Notes under the pieces: model-generated
What the model saw: only the letters and a program-made list of their open reading frames with translations
Told to the model about the DNA's origin: nothing
Databases searched by the model: none
Part shown: positions 58,301 through 64,000 of the stretch, in pieces
Layout: every line of letters begins with the position of its first letter
How positions within the stretch are numbered: position 1 is the stretch's first letter
Program-made: the position numbers and the translations under genes
Assembly (NCBI GenBank): GCA_003599275.1
Contig: QZJG01000005.1
Location: forward strand, 24,583-88,582
Origin: Nitrospiraceae bacterium
GTDB taxonomy: Bacteria; Nitrospirota; Thermodesulfovibrionia; UBA6902
Direction: 5' to 3'
DNA length: 64,000 bases

Positions 58301-59896
58301 CCTGATCTCCTTCAAAGGCTGGCTGCCGTCCCTGACGCTGCGAATGAGTTTTGTCAGGGGATGGCTCGGATCGACCTCGTTATGACGGTACGCGCCCAAT
58401 AAAAACAAATAAGGATGGTCATTATAATTTGCAAAGATATTTGTGATGAAGTCGAACGAGGCCACGTCGCACCACTGAAGGTCGTCAATGAAGAGCGTCA
58501 GCGGGTTCTCCTCGCTCGCAAGGCAGGTCAGGAACCGGTCGAATATGTCATGGAACCTGTTGAGCGATTCCACCGGCGGCAACTGCTTCACCCCCGGCTG
58601 GACGCCTATTAGTATCTCAAGCTCCGGGATAACGTCCGTCAGCACCTTGCCGTTTTTGCCTACGGCCTTCAATATCTTGTTCTTCCATTGCGCGACCCTT
58701 TCGTCACTTTCGGTCAGGAAGGTGCGCATTAAATTTCTCAGGGCCTGTATGAGTGAGCTGTACGGGATGTTCTTCTGGTACACGTCGAATTTTCCGGAGG
58801 TGAAATATCCCCTGTGCTTTACAATAGGCTTTTGAAGCTCCTGAATGAGGCGCGTCTTCCCTATTCCCGACAGGCCTGAAATGAACAGTGCCCGGAATTC
58901 GCCGCGCGCCACCTGCTCGTATTCATCGAGGATTGTCTCCGATTCCTTGTCGCGTCCCACCATCTTGGATATGAAGGTCACCCTCTGGGTCAGGAAGCGG
59001 CTTTCAAGGGGGAACTCGCGTATGGTGCCGATGGCTGAAAATTCGTCCTTGCACCGCAGGAGGTCCGTGAGCAGGGCGCTGCTGCTTTGATAACGCTTCT
59101 CAGGCTGCTTGAACATCAGCTTGGCCACTATCTTGCTCAGGGCCACCGGGATATTGGGATTTATTTCATGCACCTTCGGCGCTTCTTTGGCAAGGTGCGC
59201 GTGGATCAATTCAAGCGGGTCATCCGAATAAAACGGGAGCCGCCCGGTCAGCATCTCATAGAACACGATGCCGAGGGAATAGAGGTCCGAGGCAAACACA
59301 ACTCTATGGTTGATGCGCCCGGTCTGCTCAGGAGAAGTGTAGGCCAGCGTATCGCGGACAAAGGAGCGATCATAGATAAAATGGCTGACGTCCCTCACGT
59401 CTATCGCGCTGAAAAAATCGATCAGCCGGACGTCGAGGGTCCTGACGTCCACGAGTATGTTGTGGGGCTTGACCCCGCCGTGAATGATCCCGGCCTCATG
59501 CACCTTGTCCAGCGCCCCTGCCAGTCTGCACGCTATTGTGAAGAAATCATTCAGGGGAAAAATAGGGACACATCCCATTTTTGTTTCTCCAAAATGGGAT
59601 GTGTCCCTATTTTTCATGTTATCGAGGGTCACCCCTTCAAAATAGTCCTGGGTTATGAAGCAGACCCCGTCCTTCTCGCCGAAGGAGACCGGCGTGATCA
59701 CTGCCGGGTCGTTCAGCACCTTGAGGTGCTCGATCTTCTGCCTGAACTGCGCCTGCTTGTATTCCGACAGGCTGCCCGCCTTCAGGATTTTGAGCACCAG
59801 CAGCCGCGCCGGGTTTTTCTTGTGATACGCCTTGTAAATCGCCGATTGCGGGGCCTCGGCGATCTTTTCGATCAGTTCGTAGTTTGAAAGTAGCAT
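55358..59896 (-). CDS. Ser/Thr kinase-like (pseudokinase) - AAA ATPase - helical repeat - GAF protein with no histidine kinase output
   Basis: VLKIL, IHGGVKPHNIL, LIDFF, YTSPEQTGR, SDLYSLG; GLSGIGKT Walker A, FIDDLQW; GAF (SVLCLP..ILYLEN..QAAISLENARL); GGAGA SD before ATG 59896. Confidence 0.9.
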   Translation of the reverse strand: MLLSNYELIEKIAEAPQSAIYKAYHKKNPARLLVLKILKAGSLSEYKQAQFRQKIEHLKVLNDPAVITPVSFGEKDGVCFITQDYFEGVTLDNMKNRDTSHFGETKMGCVPIFPLNDFFTIACRLAGALDKVHEAGIIHGGVKPHNILVDVRTLDVRLIDFFSAIDVRDVSHFIYDRSFVRDTLAYTSPEQTGRINHRVVFASDLYSLGIVFYEMLTGRLPFYSDDPLELIHAHLAKEAPKVHEINPNIPVALSKIVAKLMFKQPEKRYQSSSALLTDLLRCKDEFSAIGTIREFPLESRFLTQRVTFISKMVGRDKESETILDEYEQVARGEFRALFISGLSGIGKTRLIQELQKPIVKHRGYFTSGKFDVYQKNIPYSSLIQALRNLMRTFLTESDERVAQWKNKILKAVGKNGKVLTDVIPELEILIGVQPGVKQLPPVESLNRFHDIFDRFLTCLASEENPLTLFIDDLQWCDVASFDFITNIFANYNDHPYLFLLGAYRHNEVDPSHPLTKLIRSVRDGSQPLKEIRLEPLKPQHCHEMVSYILDSPRPQTRSLADFINTLSEGNPLFVSESLSYLHNEDLLFLDSDRQWRWDLDKIRQSNMPTTVVALFSSKIRRLPPDLVALLEYCACMGNTFSPTEISAIRDITLLGTFEMLKPALGQGLLMENKNQLQFIHDRVQEAVLSAIPAKRRREIHREVGSYLLSAVPPGAELEKLDNLFTIVSHLHLGKEEHPDKDTAYFLSDINYHAGNKALDSLATEAANEYFSISRELLPQDCWEEAYYESTFKIYKKAAKTELMCGNYGNSERLLTQLLDHAKTDLDKAECLAEQTTSLSSIGNFIKAIETANRGLAYFNKAIPESADEADKRRAELMSAIASKNVDVWDTILNMPFTDDRKSKIELAFYSELIPDLYMSGLVPQLYLSAAQSTQHCLAGGMDESVIYSFSIMGLQLGEQEEFEQAFKYEDLARDLSAKYPNTFGATRGMNGIVWCNMHSRSHPREIVDYCLKSIQCGKNCGDLYNAGLSYGPLMWNLQVQGADMAIIDDVAKECLQFSNRYHLSFSVGLAEAMQAGWTAPMKKDYAPVSMDEKLRKWERDNHIASAGSYYVHMALMHYYFGEYEEAERYIVGVRRYLSGLTDNVLKRQWHVFRVLNALKLYERGTGFKSKDKLLAEIRPIIKKVETWAAMGPLLKPYLAFLYAELERVTGEFKEARGLYLDAINLAHKQKYIFLEGHLNECLGEHMLQAGQFPERVYFVEAARLYGKCRAERKEINLTAKYPEYFEEEKTSYPQLEAVQASPYTLPDLDIEYLMKSSLAISAEIEQDALLKKIMNVVIESSGAQHGYLMIEEEGELFVRAESHAADKGESKSSGVKEFKESSKTPQLHNSSNSINSKLEDATDICKAVVRYVYRTGERLILNNASQEGAFKDNPEVQSMQLRSVLCLPVIKQSKMIGILYLENRLADAVFTSEKTQMTELLTSQAAISLENARLVNEMMKMEKERIGLISPI
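55703..55792. repeat. head-to-head micro-repeat arrays (6x GAGTT-type, 5x AACTC/GACTC-type) inside the GAF domain
   Basis: Read directly; encodes most of ESKSSGVKEFKESSKTPQLHNSSNSINSKL. Confidence 0.75.
59557..59615. repeat. perfect 25-bp inverted repeat translated in frame inside the kinase-like domain
   Basis: GAAAAATAGGGACACATCCCATTTT-9nt-AAAATGGGATGTGTCCCTATTTTTC. Confidence 0.92.
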
Positions 59897-59911
59897 GGTT
59901 ATATCTCCGTC

Positions 59912-59987
59912 AAAACACTCCCTCTTGTTAGAGGGGTGACAGGCTTCTAATTTCCCCTCTAACAAGAGGGGATTAAGGGGTGTGTTT
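59912..59987. repeat. pair of CCCCTCT..AGAGGGG palindromic repeats downstream of DUF559 #2
   Basis: CCCTCTTGTTAGAGGGG (about 59920-36) and TTTCCCCTCTAACAAGAGGGGATTAAGGGGTGTGTTT (59951-87). Confidence 0.85.
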
Positions 59988-60350
59988 ATTTTCAATTCCT
60001 TTCATACAATCTTTTATATCTTCTACTACCCCATCAATATTGTTTATTACATCTTCATCTCTGTATCTCAAAATTGTTATCCCCATTTCTCTTAAACGTT
60101 GTTCTTTCTTTTTATCTTTTTCAAATACCTCTTCAAAGCCATGCGTATAACCGTCTACTTCAATGGCCAACATCAGTTTATTGCAGAAGAAATCTGTAAT
60201 GTAATTTTCTACCGGTTTTTGCCTGTGAAAGGCATAGTCCATTAGTTGTTTCCCTTTTAAGCAACTCCAAAGTTTTATTTCTGCTTTTGTACTATTATTC
60301 CTCAAGCGTCGAGCTAATTCTTTCAACTCGGAATTGTATTTAATTTTCAT
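59973..60350 (-). CDS. DUF559 (Vsr-like) endonuclease
   Basis: YNSELKELARRLRNNSTKAE..LW..LK.KQ...Y.FHRQKP..NYI.DFFC..LMLAIEVDG.TH. Confidence 0.92.
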   Translation of the reverse strand: MKIKYNSELKELARRLRNNSTKAEIKLWSCLKGKQLMDYAFHRQKPVENYITDFFCNKLMLAIEVDGYTHGFEEVFEKDKKKEQRLREMGITILRYRDEDVINNIDGVVEDIKDCMKGIENKHTP

Positions 60351-60352
60351 TA

Positions 60353-60387
60353 AAACACACCCCTGGCCCCTCTTTTTAGAGGGGAAA
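60353..60387. repeat. palindromic repeat, upstream arm flanking DUF559 #2
   Basis: AAACACACCCCTGGCCCCTCTTTTTAGAGGGGAAA; near reverse complement of 59951-59987. Confidence 0.85.
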
Positions 60388-60473
60388 AACTACCCACGCA
60401 CATAACTTTCATCACCCCCACCCTGCCGTCAAGGGGGAAGGAATGTCTTGCCACTTGACCCTTGATCCTGTCT

Positions 60474-63400
60474 TTACGCCTTCTCATCCAGCACTATCGT
60501 AAACTCACTCCCCTTGCCGTACTCACTCTTCATGGTGATCCGGCCTTCGAGAAGCTCGGCCAATTTTTGGCTCAGGTACAGGCCCAGCCCCGTGCCTTCA
60601 TACTTGCGGGAGCTTGAGGTGTCCACCTGGGTGAAGGCATGGAACAGCCTTTGCTGATCTTCGGGTTTGATGCCAATGCCGGTGTCTATCACGCTCAGCT
60701 CGGTGCGCTGGGCGCCGTTGTAACTGTAGCGGCGAAGCTCAAGCCTCACTTCTCCTTTTTGGGTGAACTTGATCGCATTATAAGTCAGGTTGAGCAGTAT
60801 CTGGCTGATAGCGCGGCGGTCCGTGCCTACTATCACGTCCTGGTCCGGCATCCTGTAGTACAGCTTGAGCCCCTTGCTTTCCGCCAAAGGCCGCAGCGTG
60901 TTGGTGACTTCCTGCACTACAGCCTGGCAGGAGACCGGCTCCGTTTGTATCTCTATCTTGCCTGATTCGATCTTTGCAAGGTCCAACAGGTCATTGATCA
61001 AAAGGAGCAGGTGCTTGGCGCTTGTTGAAACATTCGTCAATTGGTTTTCCTGGTCTGTTGTCAGCGGCCCCGGCAGCTTCATAAGCAGCGTGCCGGTGAA
61101 GCCTATGATCGCGTTCAGCGGCGTGCGTAATTCATGACTCATGCTTGCAAGGAACCGGTCCTTGGCAAGGTTGGCGTTTTCCATTTCCTCGCTCTTCTCC
61201 TGCAGGGTCTGCTCAAACCGCTTGCGCTCAGTAACGTCACGCGCCGCAGCGAACACGCCCTGCAGCTTGCCGTCCCGGTCTGCAAACGTTGTCGCGTTAT
61301 AACTGACGACCGTCTCCCGGCCCTGCTTGCTGCTGGCGGTAAGCTCGTAGTTTGTGACCTTGCCCTCGCGCAGCACCAGCCGGATGCCATCCTCCGCGCG
61401 GCTGGGGTCTGTGAAGTAATTCTTGAAAGGCGTGCCTATCAGCTCCTCACGGGTATGGCCGGTTAGCGCCTCCATCTGCTGGTTGACGTCCGTGACCAGG
61501 CCGACTGGGTCGGTGGTCATCAGCGCGTCTATGTTGGATTCAATTAGAGAACGTGAATAGAACTGCTGGTCGCGGAGCTGCTGCTCCAGCTTCTTCTGCT
61601 CGGTAATGTCACGGGCTGCTGCAAGTATGCCGATCTGTTTGCCTGCGGCATCGGAGAACACGCCGGCGTTGAAGCTGACCGGTATCCTCCTGTTCTGGCG
61701 CGTGATAAGCACCAGCTCGTATCCAAGGACCCGCGCCTGGGAGAGGGTCTGCTGCACGCCGGCATTGGCGCGGGCAGGCTCTGTGAAATAAGGCGAGAAC
61801 ATGGAATTTATAAGGTGCTTGCGGGAATAACCCGTCAGGCGCGTCGCTTCCTCATTAACGTCGGTTATCACCCCGTCAGGCGCGATAGCAAAGAGCGCGT
61901 CCGCGCTCGCCTCGATCAGTGAACGGTTGTAGGCCTGTTGATCGACAAGCTGTGTTTGCAGTCTCGCTTGTTGGCTGATGTCACGGGCGCTGGCGAATAT
62001 TCCCTGCATCCTGCCATCTGCAGCGCGGAACACCGAGGCGTTGAATGAGACCGTGGACTTTTTGCCGGTCTTGGTCTTTAACACAAGGTCATAGTTGGTG
62101 ACCACGCCCTCTGCGATGGTGCGCTTGACGCCCATGCTGGCGCGGAGGGGATCGGTGAAATAGTTTTTAAACTGCGTGCCGATCAGGTCTTCGCGGGGAT
62201 AGCCGGTCATGCGGCACATCTGCTCATTCACATCTGTAATGAACCCTTCGGGATCGACCGTGATAAGACCGTCAACGGACGATTCGATAAGACCGCGCAG
62301 GTAGGTCTGCTGCTCCTGCAATTGCTCATTGAGGCGCACGCGGTCGGTGATGTCACGGGCGCTGGCGAATATACCTTTGACATTTCCGGACGGGTCTTTA
62401 AACACCGAGGCGTTGAACGACACCTGCAACAGCCTGCGGGTGCGGCTGATCAGGGTCAGCGCGTATTCCGTAACAACGCCTTTGTCAAAGGTCTCTCTTA
62501 CCCCGGAAAGGGCCAGGGCCGGCTCGGTAAAGTAATCGGCAAACGGCGTGCCTATCAATTCAGCGCGGTTGTAGCCGCTCATCTGGCACATACGGTCATT
62601 AACGTCGCTGATTATCCCGTCAGGGTCAACCGTGATAAGACCGTCGACCGAGGCCTCGATCAGACCCCTGTTATAGGCCTGTGATTCACGGAGCTGCTGC
62701 TCAAGCTTCTTCTGCTCTGTAATGTCACGGGCCGCGGCGAACACGCCCTGCAGCTTGCCTTCCCTGTCGTTAAAGGTTGTGGCGTTATAGGAGACGACCG
62801 TTTCCTTGCCCTCTTTTGCGCGGGCGGTCAGCTCGTAGTTTGTGACCTTGCCTTCGCGCACAACGAGCTTGATGCCCTCCTCAGCGCGCTGCGGGTCCGT
62901 GAAAAAGTTTTTAAAAGGCGCGCCGATAAGATCTTCACGGGTAAAGCCCGTCAGGCCTTCCATCTGATAGTTTACGTCGGTGATTATGCCCAGCGGGTCG
63001 GTGGTCATCAGGGCGTCTATGTTGGATTCAATAAGTGAACGGGTATAAAACTGTGACGCATTCAACTGGGACTCCAGCTTCTTCTGGTCAGTAATGTCAC
63101 GGGCGCTGGCGAATATGCCGCGCACCTTGTTGGATGCGTCTTTAAATATAGCGGCGTTGAATGAGACAGGCACCAATTGCCCGTCCGCGGCCTGGAGGGT
63201 CAAAACGTAGTTGGTGACCGAACCCTCATTAAACGTGAAGCGCACGCCTTCCGCCGCGCGCTCGCGCTCTTTGAAATATGCCGGGAATGAAGAGCCGATG
63301 AGCTGGTTTCTCCGTCTGCCCGCCATGCGGCACATGGTCTCGTTGACGTCCGTGATCGTCATGTCTTCGTCGACCGTGACCAGGCCGTCCACGCTGGCCT

Positions 63401-64000
63401 CGATAAGACCCCTGTTGTACGTCCGCTCATCGCTGAGCTGTCCCTGCAGCCGCGACTGGTCGGTAATGTCACGGGCGCTGGCGAAAATACCGCGCACCGC
63501 GCCGGACTCGTCTTTAAATATGGCGGCGTTGAATGAAACAAGCTGCTCGCTGCCTTCCCTGGTGTGAAGGGTCAATTCATAGTTTGTGACCGCGCCTTTA
63601 TCAAGGGTCAGCCTGACGCCCTCGGCAGCGCGCTTTGAATCAGTGAAATAACCGGGGAACGGCGTGCCGACAAGCTCCTGCCGCGAATAACCCGACATGC
63701 GGCACATGGTCTCGTTGACGTCAGTGATGTTCAGCATCGGATCGACCGTGATAAGACCATCGAGGGAGGCCTCGATGAGACCCCTGTTATATGCGCGCTC
63801 TTCAGAGAGCTGGGTCTGGAGCCGCGACTGCTCGGTAATGTCACGGGCGCTGGCGAATATGCCTTTGACGCCGCCTGTGGGATCTTTAAACACCGAGGCA
63901 TTGAACGAGACGACCAGCTTCTGCCCCTCACGTGTGGCCATTGTCAGGGCGTAATCCGTGACCACGCCTTTATCAAAGGTCTGCCTGACCCCGGAATCCG
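60474..64000 (-). CDS. multi-PAS (at least 8 repeats) cytoplasmic histidine kinase, 5' end outside window
   Basis: Repeating Y.R.LIE...D.L...D...I.DVN...ARD(I/V) units; FLASMSHELRTPL, NLTYNAIKFT, DTGIG, GTGLGL; frame open to the window edge. Confidence 0.95.
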   Translation of the reverse strand, partial: DSGVRQTFDKGVVTDYALTMATREGQKLVVSFNASVFKDPTGGVKGIFASARDITEQSRLQTQLSEERAYNRGLIEASLDGLITVDPMLNITDVNETMCRMSGYSRQELVGTPFPGYFTDSKRAAEGVRLTLDKGAVTNYELTLHTREGSEQLVSFNAAIFKDESGAVRGIFASARDITDQSRLQGQLSDERTYNRGLIEASVDGLVTVDEDMTITDVNETMCRMAGRRRNQLIGSSFPAYFKERERAAEGVRFTFNEGSVTNYVLTLQAADGQLVPVSFNAAIFKDASNKVRGIFASARDITDQKKLESQLNASQFYTRSLIESNIDALMTTDPLGIITDVNYQMEGLTGFTREDLIGAPFKNFFTDPQRAEEGIKLVVREGKVTNYELTARAKEGKETVVSYNATTFNDREGKLQGVFAAARDITEQKKLEQQLRESQAYNRGLIEASVDGLITVDPDGIISDVNDRMCQMSGYNRAELIGTPFADYFTEPALALSGVRETFDKGVVTEYALTLISRTRRLLQVSFNASVFKDPSGNVKGIFASARDITDRVRLNEQLQEQQTYLRGLIESSVDGLITVDPEGFITDVNEQMCRMTGYPREDLIGTQFKNYFTDPLRASMGVKRTIAEGVVTNYDLVLKTKTGKKSTVSFNASVFRAADGRMQGIFASARDISQQARLQTQLVDQQAYNRSLIEASADALFAIAPDGVITDVNEEATRLTGYSRKHLINSMFSPYFTEPARANAGVQQTLSQARVLGYELVLITRQNRRIPVSFNAGVFSDAAGKQIGILAAARDITEQKKLEQQLRDQQFYSRSLIESNIDALMTTDPVGLVTDVNQQMEALTGHTREELIGTPFKNYFTDPSRAEDGIRLVLREGKVTNYELTASSKQGRETVVSYNATTFADRDGKLQGVFAAARDVTERKRFEQTLQEKSEEMENANLAKDRFLASMSHELRTPLNAIIGFTGTLLMKLPGPLTTDQENQLTNVSTSAKHLLLLINDLLDLAKIESGKIEIQTEPVSCQAVVQEVTNTLRPLAESKGLKLYYRMPDQDVIVGTDRRAISQILLNLTYNAIKFTQKGEVRLELRRYSYNGAQRTELSVIDTGIGIKPEDQQRLFHAFTQVDTSSSRKYEGTGLGLYLSQKLAELLEGRITMKSEYGKGSEFTIVLDEKA

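Noticed and set aside
59897-59995. N-terminal MKINTPLNPLLLEG... of the 1545-aa ORF
   Set aside because: Translation of the DUF559-flanking repeats; ATG 59896 has a GGAGA SD and starts the kinase-like fold

Overview
Bacterial chromosomal window. Gene content and order suggest an anaerobic Nitrospirota/deltaproteobacteria-like lineage; this is inference only. Left half: housekeeping genes (purD/purE, rnr, cobA-hemD, hup-sppA-rpsA-ispH-plsC-cmk, pheA-hisC-aroF-tyrA-aroA) interleaved with accessory units. These are a pilin-Ig protein whose leader is a 20x heptamer array, an ICMT-domain membrane fusion, a PhnD/AioX-like binding protein paired with a His-less kinase, a glycosyltransferase/beta-barrel/TPR cluster with an A9 frameshift, and an ArsR-linked FeS-molybdoenzyme fusion. 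Right half: signalling. An HK plus sigma54 activator precedes a -24/-12 promoter and an operon ending in an RpoD paralogue. Converging on it is a >23 kb minus-strand kaiC-kaiB-kaiB (no kaiA) cluster containing a periodic multi-PAS kinase, a pseudokinase-AAA-GAF protein, a kinase-less CheB-CheR-PAS protein, two more kinases, response regulators and a GGDEF/EAL output. That cluster is interrupted by two DUF559 nuclease genes, each bracketed by its own inverted palindromic repeats, and by a VapBC module. The whole window carries many GTCAT...ATGAC REP-like palindromes and 7-9 nt micro-repeats, several translated in frame. No rRNA, tRNA or CRISPR array was recognised. All calls come from reading motifs by eye; no database searches were run.
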